NCBI GenBank assembly: GCA_046727575.1
Contig: JBKPCV010000054.1
Location: forward strand, 21-64,020
DNA from: Actinomycetota bacterium
GTDB lineage: Bacteria; Actinomycetota; Acidimicrobiia; IMCC26256; DASPTH01
DNA length: 64,000 bases
Direction: 5' to 3'
Positions 18,681 through 26,737 of this stretch are shown piece after piece; positions within the stretch are counted from its first letter, which is position 1; each line of letters opens with the position of its first letter. The notes beneath the pieces are model-generated. The model saw only the letters and a list, made by a program, of their open reading frames with translations, had not been told where the DNA came from and did not search any database. The translations under genes and the position numbers were made by a program.

Positions 18681-19525
18681 CACGTGGTCTCCCGCGCTCG
18701 CTGGCGGGCTGCCTCGAAGCACAGCACGGTCGCTGCCATCGCCACGTTGAGCGACTCGGCCGCGCCGCGCATTGGGACGGCGACCCATCCGTCGAGGTGC
18801 TGGTGCAGCTCGGGCGGGATCCCGCGGGCCTCGTTCCCCAGCACGACCGCGGTCGGACCGCGGAAGTCGACCTCGTCGTAGGCGGTGCCTGCGCGCGCGT
18901 CGGCTCCGAGCCGTCGGCGTCCTTGCTTGCCCAACGCGTCGAGCGCCTCCACCGCCGAGCACCCCTCTACGACGGGTATTCCGAAGATCGCGCCGGCGGA
19001 GGCGCGAACGACTTTGGGATTGTAGGCATCGACCGATCCCGCGCTCAGCACGATTCCCTCTGCACCGGACGCCTCGGCGCTGCGCACCAGCGTGCCGAGG
19101 TTGCCCGGATCGGCGAGCGCGAGTCCGACGAGCACGAGGCCGTTGCCGTTCAGGTCACGGAGCAATGGTGACGGCATCGCCACCACCGCGAGCACGGGTT
19201 GCGGCGTCACGGTCGTACCGAGCTTCTCGAGGACGCCCTCCTTGAGCAGCACCACCGTGATGCCCGCCGCCTCGACTCGTGATCGCAACGACGCGAACGC
19301 GACGTCGGCGAACGTGGAGAAGAAGACGGCTTCGAGCACCGCACCGCGGTCGAGCGCGGCTTCGATCGCGCGCGGCCCCTCGACCACGAACGCGCGCTCG
19401 GCTTCTCGGGTACGCCGGTCGCGCAGCAATGCGCGGAGCCGCCGAACCGCCGTGTGCCGCGGACCCAGTTCCTGTCGGTGAACTCGGTCAGGCAGCGTCG
19501 AGCGCTTCCCGCGCCACGCCGACAA
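18677..19525 (-). CDS. TrmH/SpoU family RNA 2'-O-methyltransferase
   Basis: [14 protein letters not shown] and [15 protein letters not shown] motifs. The TTG start at 19525 overlaps the rplT 3' end, so the start is uncertain. Confidence 0.8.
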   Translation of the reverse strand: MSAWRGKRSTLPDRVHRQELGPRHTAVRRLRALLRDRRTREAERAFVVEGPRAIEAALDRGAVLEAVFFSTFADVAFASLRSRVEAAGITVVLLKEGVLEKLGTTVTPQPVLAVVAMPSPLLRDLNGNGLVLVGLALADPGNLGTLVRSAEASGAEGIVLSAGSVDAYNPKVVRASAGAIFGIPVVEGCSAVEALDALGKQGRRRLGADARAGTAYDEVDFRGPTAVVLGNEARGIPPELHQHLDGWVAVPMRGAAESLNVAMAATVLCFEAARQRARETTW

Positions 19526-19850
19526 GTGCGGAAAACGCGGCGGCGTCGCGCACGGCGAGGTCGGCGAGGATCTTGCGGTCGACGTCGATCTCCGCCGCCT
19601 TCAGTCCCGAGATGAAACGCGAGTAGCTGATGTCGTTCTGACGGCACGCCGCGTTGATGCGCACGATCCAGAGCTTGCGGAACTCGCCTTTTCGCGCGCG
19701 GCGATCGCGGTACGCGTAGTTGCCGGAGTGCATGACTTGTTCGTTGGCCTTGCGGAAGCTCCGACTGCGCGAACCGCGGTAACCCGACGCCGACTCCAGG
19801 ACCTTGCGGTGCCGCTTCTTGCTGTGGACGGATCGTTTGACCCTGGCCAT
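19488..19850 (-). CDS. rplT: 50S ribosomal protein L20
   Basis: [30 protein letters not shown]. Confidence 0.97.
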   Translation of the reverse strand: MARVKRSVHSKKRHRKVLESASGYRGSRSRSFRKANEQVMHSGNYAYRDRRARKGEFRKLWIVRINAACRQNDISYSRFISGLKAAEIDVDRKILADLAVRDAAAFSALVGVAREALDAA

Positions 19851-19896
19851 CGGGTGGGACTCCTCGATTCGTGAGTAGCGAAGACGGCGCGAGCCG

Positions 19897-20091
19897 TCAG
19901 CGGCCGAGTAGCCGCTTCGCCTTCTTCTTGTCGGCGCCGACGAGCTCGGCGGGGCGTGCCAGCCGACGCGTCCGCTTGCTGGGCTTCTTCTCGAGCAGGT
20001 GCGAGCGATTCTGCTTGCGGCGGAAGACCTTGCCGGTCCCCGTCACCTTGAAGCGCTTCGCCGCACCTCTATGCGCTTTCTGCTTGGGCAT
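19897..20091 (-). CDS. rpmI: 50S ribosomal protein L35
   Basis: [36 protein letters not shown], from residue 11 of ORF 19897..20121. Confidence 0.95.
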   Translation of the reverse strand: MPKQKAHRGAAKRFKVTGTGKVFRRKQNRSHLLEKKPSKRTRRLARPAELVGADKKKAKRLLGR

Positions 20092-20665
20092 CACGTACTC
20101 CGTTGACTTCAGCTGAGGCAACGGCGCCGTTGTCCCTCGCCTTGCGTCCGTCCTTCCTCGTCGGGTGCAGGACCATCGTCATGTTCCGGCCGTCCTGCCG
20201 CGGCTGCGACTCGATGACCGCGAGGTCGCCGACGTCGTCTGCGATGCGGCGTAAGATCCGCATGCCGAGCTCCGGATGAGCGATCTCTCGTCCGCGCAGC
20301 CAGATCGTGAGCTTGACCTTGTTGCCCTCGTCGAGGAAGCGGATCACGTGCTTCATCTTCGTGGCGTAGTCGTGCTCGTCGATCTTCGGCTTGAACTTCA
20401 TCTCCTTGATGACGACCTTCGTGGCCTTCCGTTTCGACTGGCGGCGCCGCTGCTCTTGTTCGTAGACGTATCGGCCGTAGTCCATGATCCGGGCAACGGG
20501 CGGGTTGGCGTTGGGCGCCACCTCGACCAGATCGAGCTGGAGGTCACGAGCTCGAGCGAGCGCCTCCGGCAGCGGCTTCACGCCGAGCTGCTCCCCGTCG
20601 GAACCGACGAGGAAGACCTCCCGGGCTCGGATGCGGTCGTTGATCCTGACCTCGTGGGCGGCTAT
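20069..20665 (-). CDS. infC: translation initiation factor IF-3, non-canonical ATA start
   Basis: The conserved N-domain [22 protein letters not shown] lies upstream of the first canonical start (GTG at 20581). An in-frame TGA sits at ~20699-20701. The non-canonical in-frame candidates upstream of the conserved domain are ATA at 20665 and, 18 nt downstream, ATC. Confidence 0.88.
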   Translation of the reverse strand: MAAHEVRINDRIRAREVFLVGSDGEQLGVKPLPEALARARDLQLDLVEVAPNANPPVARIMDYGRYVYEQEQRRRQSKRKATKVVIKEMKFKPKIDEHDYATKMKHVIRFLDEGNKVKLTIWLRGREIAHPELGMRILRRIADDVGDLAVIESQPRQDGRNMTMVLHPTRKDGRKARDNGAVASAEVNGVRDAQAESA

Positions 20666-20744
20666 CTGGTCACCTGCTTCATCGGGCCATTGGCTCCCTC
20701 ACTCTTTCTCACAATGGGTACGGCGTGCCTCGGAACGCGAAAAT

Positions 20745-20767
20745 GGCGGACACGGGAAGCGTCCGCC
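20745..20767 (-). promoter_or_regulatory. terminator-like hairpin in the infC leader (possible attenuator)
   Basis: Minus strand reads GGCGGAC-GCTTCCCGT-GTCCGCC followed by ATTTTCGCGTT, ~80 nt upstream of the infC start. Confidence 0.3.
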
Positions 20768-20923
20768 ACACCGGTGCCGCTCGAGCATCGCCCTCGCGGT
20801 CACGACGCGAACCCGGACGCACGCGCACGCATGCGGTGGCCGGGCGGGGACAACGGGTATCAAGCTCCTGCCATCAAGCCGCGGAGTCCCACTTCCCTTG
20901 GTTGATCCTGAAAGGATACCAGC

Positions 20924-21349
20924 GTGAGCACACTGTGGACACCCTCGGGCGAATACGACCCGACGGAACGGACCGACGAGCCCGGTGCGACCGAGCGCGC
21001 TCCGCAGGCGGCCGGCGGGGCCGAGCGCGAACCGACCCCCGAGGAGCTCGAGGAGATGCTGCGGGCTCGCGCCGAGCTCGCGTCGGTGCCGGTCACCGAC
21101 ATCATCGCCAATCACGCCGTCGGGCTCTGGCAGCTGGCGCTGCTGCATCTCGTCCCTGACCCCGGACCCGACGGCACGCCGACGCCGCCGCGCCTGCAGG
21201 ACGCCGCCCTCGCCATCGATGCGCTGGCCGCGCTCGTCGACGGGTTGGGTGCGCGCCTCGCGCCGAACGACGAGGCGCTCCGGGAGGCCCTGGCCCAACT
21301 GCGTCTCGCCTACGTCCAGGTCTCGAGCAACGAGACTGCACCTTCGTGA
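20924..21349 (+). CDS. DUF1844-like conserved hypothetical protein
   Basis: GTG start; VTDIIANHAVGLWQLALLHL..LQDAALAIDALAALVDGLG. From memory, this family is divergent from infC in actinobacteria. Confidence 0.6.
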   Translation: MSTLWTPSGEYDPTERTDEPGATERAPQAAGGAEREPTPEELEEMLRARAELASVPVTDIIANHAVGLWQLALLHLVPDPGPDGTPTPPRLQDAALAIDALAALVDGLGARLAPNDEALREALAQLRLAYVQVSSNETAPS

Positions 21350-21376
21350 GACCGTCAGCGTGGTGAACTCCTCGTC

Positions 21377-23179
21377 GTGAGCTCACTCATCGAGCAGTAC
21401 GCGCTCATCGGCGACACACAGACGGCCGCGCTCGTCGGCAACGACGGGTCGATCGACTGGCTGTGCGTGCCCCGGTTCGACTCGGAGGCGTGTTTCGCCG
21501 CGTTGCTCGGCGACGAACGCGACGGCCGCTGGCTCATCGGTCCAGCAAGTGGCGCGCGCGCGACGCGCCGGCGGTACCGCGACGACACGCTCGTGCTCGA
21601 GACCGAGTACGAGACTCCCGACGGGATCGTTCGCGTCACGGACTGCATGCCGATCCGAGACCGCACCATCGACATCGTGCGCGTGGTCAAAGGAGTGCGC
21701 GGTACCGTACCCATGAAACTAGAACTGTGGGTGCGATTCGACTACGGGAACGTGGTGCCATGGGTGCGCTCCACCGACCATACGGTCCTCATGATCGCGG
21801 GCCCCGACGCCCTCCGGCTCGTCTCGCCGTTCAAGATCACCGGACACGAGTTTCGCCACGACGCTCAATTCGTCGTGGGCGAGGGCGACAGCGTGCCGTT
21901 CGTCCTCACGTGGTACCCCTCGTACCACAAGGAACCTCCGGGGATCGATCCAGTGCGCGCTGTCGCACGCACGACCGCATGGTGGCAGGACTGGTCGGCG
22001 CGGTCCACGTTCAAGGGCGAGTGGCGCGACGCGGTGCACCGTTCGCTCATCACGCTCAAGGCCCTCACCTACGCGCCGACCGGCGGCATCGTCGCCTCGC
22101 CCACGACGTCACTGCCCGAGTGGCCCGGCGGAGTTCGGAACTGGGACTACCGCTACTGCTGGCTGCGCGATGCGACGTTCACGCTCTACTCGCTGATGAT
22201 GGCCGGCTACGTCAAGGAAGCCGTCGAATGGCGTGACTGGCTGCTGCGCGCGGTCGCGGGTGACCCCTCGCATCTCCAGATCATGTACGGGCCGGCTGGC
22301 GAGCGACGCCTCGACGAGTACGAACTCGACTGGCTCGCTGGTTACGAGGGCTCGAAACCGGTGCGCGTCGGCAACGCCGCATCGAGTCAGTTCCAACTCG
22401 ACGTCTTCGGCGAGGTGTTCGACGCGTTGCACCAGGCACGCCACATGGAGGTACACGAGGACGCGAGTGCGTGGTCACTCCAACTCGCCATTCTCGAATT
22501 TCTCGAGTCGGCGTGGCAACAACCCGACGAGGGAATCTGGGAGGTGCGCGGCGGCCGCAAGGACTTCACCCACTCGAAGGTGATGGCGTGGGTGGCATTC
22601 GACCGCGCCGTACGAGGGGTCGAAGAATTCGGGCTCGAAGGCCCGGTCGACAAGTGGCGCGCCCGCCGCGATGAAGTGCACCGTGAGGTGCTCGACGAGG
22701 GTTTTGACCCCGACCGCAACACGTTCACCCAGTACTACGGATCGAAGTCGATCGACGCGAGCAGCCTCATGATCCCGTTGGTCGGCTTCCTTCCTCCCGA
22801 CGACGAACGAGTCAAGGGCACCGTTGCTGCCATCGAACGCGAGCTCGTCCTCGACGGTTTCGTGATGCGCTACGCAACCGAGGAGGGTGTCGACGGCCTC
22901 CCGCCCGGTGAGGGACTCTTCCTCCCCTGCTCCTTCTGGCTCGCCGACAACCTCTGCTTGATCGGACGTGTGGCCGACGGCCAAGCGCTGTTCGAGCGTC
23001 TGCTCGAGCTGCGCAACGACGTGGGACTGTTGTCGGAGGAGTACGACCCGAAGACGCGGCGGATGCTCGGAAATTTCCCACAGGCGTTCACACACGTGTC
23101 GCTCGTGAACACCGCCTGCAACCTCGCGCACATCACCAGTCCCGCGTCACACCGCGCCACCGGTCGGCACCGGCAGTAG
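21377..23179 (+). CDS. glycoside hydrolase family 15 (glucoamylase/trehalase-like)
   Basis: IEQYALIGDTQTAALVGNDGSIDWLCVPRFDSEACFAALLG, WDYRYCWLRDATFTL, 600 aa. Confidence 0.9.
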   Translation: MSSLIEQYALIGDTQTAALVGNDGSIDWLCVPRFDSEACFAALLGDERDGRWLIGPASGARATRRRYRDDTLVLETEYETPDGIVRVTDCMPIRDRTIDIVRVVKGVRGTVPMKLELWVRFDYGNVVPWVRSTDHTVLMIAGPDALRLVSPFKITGHEFRHDAQFVVGEGDSVPFVLTWYPSYHKEPPGIDPVRAVARTTAWWQDWSARSTFKGEWRDAVHRSLITLKALTYAPTGGIVASPTTSLPEWPGGVRNWDYRYCWLRDATFTLYSLMMAGYVKEAVEWRDWLLRAVAGDPSHLQIMYGPAGERRLDEYELDWLAGYEGSKPVRVGNAASSQFQLDVFGEVFDALHQARHMEVHEDASAWSLQLAILEFLESAWQQPDEGIWEVRGGRKDFTHSKVMAWVAFDRAVRGVEEFGLEGPVDKWRARRDEVHREVLDEGFDPDRNTFTQYYGSKSIDASSLMIPLVGFLPPDDERVKGTVAAIERELVLDGFVMRYATEEGVDGLPPGEGLFLPCSFWLADNLCLIGRVADGQALFERLLELRNDVGLLSEEYDPKTRRMLGNFPQAFTHVSLVNTACNLAHITSPASHRATGRHRQ

Positions 23180-23200
23180 GAGACGAAGCGGAGCCGTGCA

Positions 23201-23246
23201 CGAGCGAGCGGCCGCGAGCCGGGTATCCCGGCGAGCAGCGAGCGAC
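23201..23246. repeat. GC-rich hairpin repeat, inverted orientation
   Basis: cgagcgagcggccgcgaGCCGGGtatCCCGGCgagcagcgagcgac. Its reverse complement aligns with the 9293 and 26101 copies. Confidence 0.75.
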
Positions 23247-23282
23247 CCGGTATCCGGATGAGCGGGACGGCGCAGCGGGCCG

Positions 23283-23335
23283 CTCGGGCCACGCCTCCCT
23301 GGCGCAGGATACCTGCGGCGCGGTCGCTCGGCTCA
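23283..23335. repeat. GC-rich hairpin repeat directly after the hisG stop
   Basis: ctcgggccacgcctccctgGCGCAGGataCCTGCGgcgcggtcgctcggctc. A short CCGGtatCCGG hairpin lies between the two copies at 23247-23257. Confidence 0.8.
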
Positions 23336-23337
23336 GG

Positions 23338-24213
23338 TCAGTGCACGATCTTGGCGATCGGGAGCTCGATGATCCCGGCCCCACCCGCGTCCTTCAGGGC
23401 TGGGATGAGCGTGTTGATCTCCTGCTTCGACACGACGGTCTCGACGGCGTAGCCGTCTTCGCCCGACAACTTCGACACGGTCGGGGCCTTCAATGCCGGG
23501 AGCAGCGCAATGACCGCATCGAGGTTCGCAGCGTCGACGTTGAGCTTCAGGAGCACGCGACCGCGCGCTTCGAGCACACCCGTGAGCAGGCTCTGCAGCT
23601 GTTCCATCGCCTTGCGCTTGTCGGCATGCTGGTACGACTGCGGATTCGCGATCAACTCGGTGTGCGACACCATGAGCGTGTCGATGACCCTGAGGCCTGC
23701 CGCACGCAGCGCGCGTCCCGTCTCGGTGAGCTCGACGACCGCGTCGGCGATGTCAGGCACCTTCGCTTCCGTGGCGCCGTACGACAGGTGGACGTCGGCG
23801 TCGACGCCGCGCTTCGCGAAGTAGCGGCGAGTCAGGTCGGGATACTCGGTGTGCACGACGACACCATTCGGGAGGTCCGTGACCGCCCGAGCCGGCGAAT
23901 CGGCGGCGACTGCCAGAACGATCTGCACCGGACGCGCCGTCGCTTTCGAATAATGCAGCTCCGAGAGCGTCACGACGTCGACGTTGCGTTCCTCGATCCA
24001 GTCGCGCCCGGTGATCCCGAGGTCGAAGCGACCCTCCGCAACGTATTGCGGGATCTCTTGGGGGCGCAGGATCCGCACCTCGACGACGCGCGGGTCGTCG
24101 ATGGTGCCGCGGTAGTCGACGTCGGACCCGCGGTTCACCGCGAGGTCGGCGTCCTCGAAGAGCTGGAGGGTCTGGCGTTCGAGGCTGCCCTTGGGGAGCA
24201 CGAGGCGGAGCAT
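23338..24213 (-). CDS. hisG: ATP phosphoribosyltransferase (long form)
   Basis: [24 protein letters not shown]..., 291 aa. The ATG shares one nt with the ribH stop (TGATG). Confidence 0.93.
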   Translation of the reverse strand: MLRLVLPKGSLERQTLQLFEDADLAVNRGSDVDYRGTIDDPRVVEVRILRPQEIPQYVAEGRFDLGITGRDWIEERNVDVVTLSELHYSKATARPVQIVLAVAADSPARAVTDLPNGVVVHTEYPDLTRRYFAKRGVDADVHLSYGATEAKVPDIADAVVELTETGRALRAAGLRVIDTLMVSHTELIANPQSYQHADKRKAMEQLQSLLTGVLEARGRVLLKLNVDAANLDAVIALLPALKAPTVSKLSGEDGYAVETVVSKQEINTLIPALKDAGGAGIIELPIAKIVH

Positions 24214-24686
24214 CACTGGTCCCTTCGAGGGAATTGGCCGAGGAGGCTCACCATCTCGACCGCGGTACGTGCGGCCTCGCTCCCCTTGTGACCGCGCTCT
24301 CCCCCTGCACGGGCCATGGCCTGGTCGAGGTTGTCGGTGGTGAGCACCCCGAAGATGACCGGCGTGCCGCTGTCGAGCGCCACTCGCTGGATCCCCGCCG
24401 CGCACTCGCCCGCGACGTACTCGAAGTGCGCGGTGTCGCCGCGGATCACGGCTCCGAGACAGATCACGGCGTCGTAGGACGGCGCGAGGCGCTGCGCGAG
24501 GAGCGGAATCTCGAACGCGCCGGGGACCCAGTACACGGGCACCTCGTCGGCGCCGAAGTCGCGGAGCGTGTCGAGCGCGCCCTCGAGCAGCGGCTTGGTG
24601 ACGTGGTCGTTGAACCGGCCGGCGACGATCGCGAGGCGCATGCCACTGGCGTCGAGCTCGCCTTCGAATTCCTTGTACTCACCCAT
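24213..24686 (-). CDS. ribH: 6,7-dimethyl-8-ribityllumazine synthase
   Basis: [38 protein letters not shown]; ATG at residue 35 of the ORF. Confidence 0.95.
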   Translation of the reverse strand: MGEYKEFEGELDASGMRLAIVAGRFNDHVTKPLLEGALDTLRDFGADEVPVYWVPGAFEIPLLAQRLAPSYDAVICLGAVIRGDTAHFEYVAGECAAGIQRVALDSGTPVIFGVLTTDNLDQAMARAGGERGHKGSEAARTAVEMVSLLGQFPRRDQ

Positions 24687-24693
24687 CTCTCTG

Positions 24694-24730
24694 GTCGCAC
24701 TCACTCGGCGCCGGGATACGCCATCGTCAT
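24694..24730. repeat. truncated hairpin-repeat copy
   Basis: gtcgcactcactcggcgccgggatacgccatcgtcatgg: left flank plus half a hairpin. Confidence 0.5.
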
Positions 24731-24731
24731 G

Positions 24732-24783
24732 GTTCGCTCCCTGCGCACCGGGATACCCGGTGCGCGGCCGTTCGCTCACTGCC
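24732..24783. repeat. GC-rich hairpin repeat (full copy) between ribBA and ribH
   Basis: gttcgctccctGCGCACCGGGataCCCGGTGCGCggccgttcgctcactgcc, a 10-bp perfect stem. Confidence 0.8.
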
Positions 24784-24785
24784 AC

Positions 24786-24855
24786 CACAACGGGTACGTT
24801 CGCTCTGCTCCTGCGAGTTCACTCGCTCGCGCCGCTCACTCGCTCACCGCCCTGC
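24786..24855. repeat. degenerate repeat debris (CGCTC-rich) between ribBA and ribH
   Basis: aacgggtacgttcgctctgctcctgcgagttcactcgctcgcgccgctcactcgctcaccgcc. Confidence 0.45.
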
Positions 24856-24860
24856 CGGAC

Positions 24861-26078
24861 CTAGCTCGTGCTCTCGTCGATCTCCAGGAGATGACCGAGC
24901 TTCTGCTGCTTCGTGCGGAGGTAGCGGATGTTCTCGGTGTTCGGGAGCACGTGCAGGGGCACGCGCTCCACGATCTCGAGACCGTAGCCGTCGAGGCCGC
25001 CGTACTTGTCCGGATTGTTGGTCATCACGCGCATCGTCGAGACTCCGAGGTCGACGAGGATCTGCGCACCGATGCCGTACTCCCGGGAGTCAGGCGGGAA
25101 CCCGAGCTCCACATTGGCTTCCACGGTGTCGAGGCCCTGATCCTGCAGGGTGTACGCGCGGAACTTGTGGCCCAAGCCGATGCCCCGTCCCTCGTGCCCG
25201 CGGAGATACACCACGACCCCCGTGCCTTCCTCGGCGATGAGCCGCAGCGCCAGATCCAGCTGCAGACCACAGTCGCAGCGCATCGAACCGAACACGTCGC
25301 CGGTCAGGCACTCGGAGTGGACCCGCACGAGCACGTCGTCCTTGCCCGCCACCTCGCCGCGCACGAACGCCATGTGCTCGGTGCCGTCGAGCAACGACTC
25401 GAATACGTACGCGGTGAAGTCGCCGTAGCTCGTGGGGATGCGCGCCTCGGAGACCCGCCGCACCAGCTTCTCGCGGTGCCGGCGGTAGCGGACGAGATCC
25501 GCGATCGAGATCACCAGCAGACCGTGCTCGCGGGCAAAACGCTCGAGCTCCGGCAGACGGGCCATCGAACCGTCGTCGTTCACCACCTCCGCCAGCACCC
25601 CCGCCGGCCGCAACCGTGCCATGCGGGCGAGATCGACGGAAGCCTCGGTGTGGCCCGCGCGGGTGAGCACTCCACCTTCGCGGTAGCGCAACGGGAAGAT
25701 GTGCCCGGGTCGGGCGAGGTCTTCGGGTCGGGTGTCCTCGTCGAGGATCGCGTGGACGGTCGCGCACCGGTCGGCGGCAGAGATGCCCGTGGACGTGCCG
25801 TGCTTGGCGTCGACCGAGACCGTGAAGGCCGTCCGCTGCGACTCGGTGTTCTCGGCGACCATCAGCGGGATACGGAGCTCGTCGAGGCGGTGCCCTTCGA
25901 CCGGCATGCAGATGACGCCGCTCGTGTGACGGATCATGAACGCCATCGTCTCCGGCGTCATCTTCTCGGCGGCGATGATCAGGTCGCCCTCGTTCTCGCG
26001 GTCGACGCTGTCGACCACGATCACCATCTCCCCCCGCGCGATGGCCTCGATGGCCTCTTCGATCTTCGTGAAGGGCAT
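24861..26078 (-). CDS. ribBA: bifunctional 3,4-dihydroxy-2-butanone-4-phosphate synthase / GTP cyclohydrolase II
   Basis: VVDSVDRENEGDLIIAAEK.., HTEASVDLARMA, RVHSECLTGDVFGSMRCDCG. Confidence 0.96.
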   Translation of the reverse strand: MPFTKIEEAIEAIARGEMVIVVDSVDRENEGDLIIAAEKMTPETMAFMIRHTSGVICMPVEGHRLDELRIPLMVAENTESQRTAFTVSVDAKHGTSTGISAADRCATVHAILDEDTRPEDLARPGHIFPLRYREGGVLTRAGHTEASVDLARMARLRPAGVLAEVVNDDGSMARLPELERFAREHGLLVISIADLVRYRRHREKLVRRVSEARIPTSYGDFTAYVFESLLDGTEHMAFVRGEVAGKDDVLVRVHSECLTGDVFGSMRCDCGLQLDLALRLIAEEGTGVVVYLRGHEGRGIGLGHKFRAYTLQDQGLDTVEANVELGFPPDSREYGIGAQILVDLGVSTMRVMTNNPDKYGGLDGYGLEIVERVPLHVLPNTENIRYLRTKQQKLGHLLEIDESTS

Positions 26079-26083
26079 GCTCC

Positions 26084-26737
26084 TCAGCCTTCTGCATTGG
26101 GTCGCTCGCTACGGCCGGGGGTACCCCGGCCGCTCACGCTCGCTTCCCCTCTCGTCACCAAACGTTCCACATACTTCGCCACGATGTCGACTTCGAGGTT
26201 CACGGGGTCTCCGACTGTCTTTGAACCCAGCGTCGTGACCGCGAGCGTGTGCGGGATGACCGCGACAGCGAACCCGTCGTCGAGAACGTCCGCGACGGTG
26301 AGGCTGATGCCGTCGACGGTCACCGAACCCTTCTCCACGATGTAGCGCAGCACGTACGGCGGCGCGGCGAACTCCACACGGCGTGATCCGTCGGCCAGGG
26401 GCTCCCGTGCTCGAATATGCCCGACCGCGTCCACATGGCCTTGCACGAGGTGTCCGCCGAGACGGTCCTCGAGGCGCACCGGGCGTTCGAGGTTCACCGC
26501 GTCACCAGCCTCCAGATCCCCGAGCTCGGTCCGGGTGAGTGTCTCCGTGACCGCGTCGGCCGCGAAGCCACCCTCGCCGAGCTCGACCACTGTGAGGCAG
26601 CAACCGTTCACCGCGATGGACGCCCCGATCGCCAGGTCCGTGAGCACCTGAGTCGCCGCGATCTCGATGCGCGCCCCGCCGCCGATCGGATGCACCCCGC
26701 GCACGGTGCCGACCTCCTCGACGATGCCGGTGAACAC
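26084..26737 (-). CDS. ribE: riboflavin synthase alpha chain with a repeat-derived C-terminal extension
   Basis: MFTGIVEEVGTV.. (GTG start), two lumazine-binding repeats. The tail after KYVERLV reads through the 26101 repeat. Confidence 0.93.
   Translation of the reverse strand: MFTGIVEEVGTVRGVHPIGGGARIEIAATQVLTDLAIGASIAVNGCCLTVVELGEGGFAADAVTETLTRTELGDLEAGDAVNLERPVRLEDRLGGHLVQGHVDAVGHIRAREPLADGSRRVEFAAPPYVLRYIVEKGSVTVDGISLTVADVLDDGFAVAVIPHTLAVTTLGSKTVGDPVNLEVDIVAKYVERLVTRGEASVSGRGTPGRSERPNAEG
26101..26147. repeat. GC-rich hairpin repeat inside the 3' end of ribE
   Basis: gtcgctcgctaCGGCCGGGGgtaCCCCGGCCGctcacgctcgcttcc, a 9-bp perfect stem. Confidence 0.8.

Noticed and set aside
21548-21557. 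Perfect palindrome GCGGTACCGC inside the GH15 gene, and other isolated GGTACC sites in coding regions
   Set aside because: Short, lacking the CGCTCGCT flanks and long arms. Expected by chance in GC-rich coding DNA.
24687-24788. N-terminal extension of ribH ([34 protein letters not shown]) and other GYPG/GIPG/RSL-containing ORF-track peptides (e.g. 8948..9553, 25936..26238, 23133..23384)
   Set aside because: These recurring peptide strings are six-frame translations of the hairpin repeat, not a protein family. The true ribH start ([17 protein letters not shown]) matches homologue N-termini.
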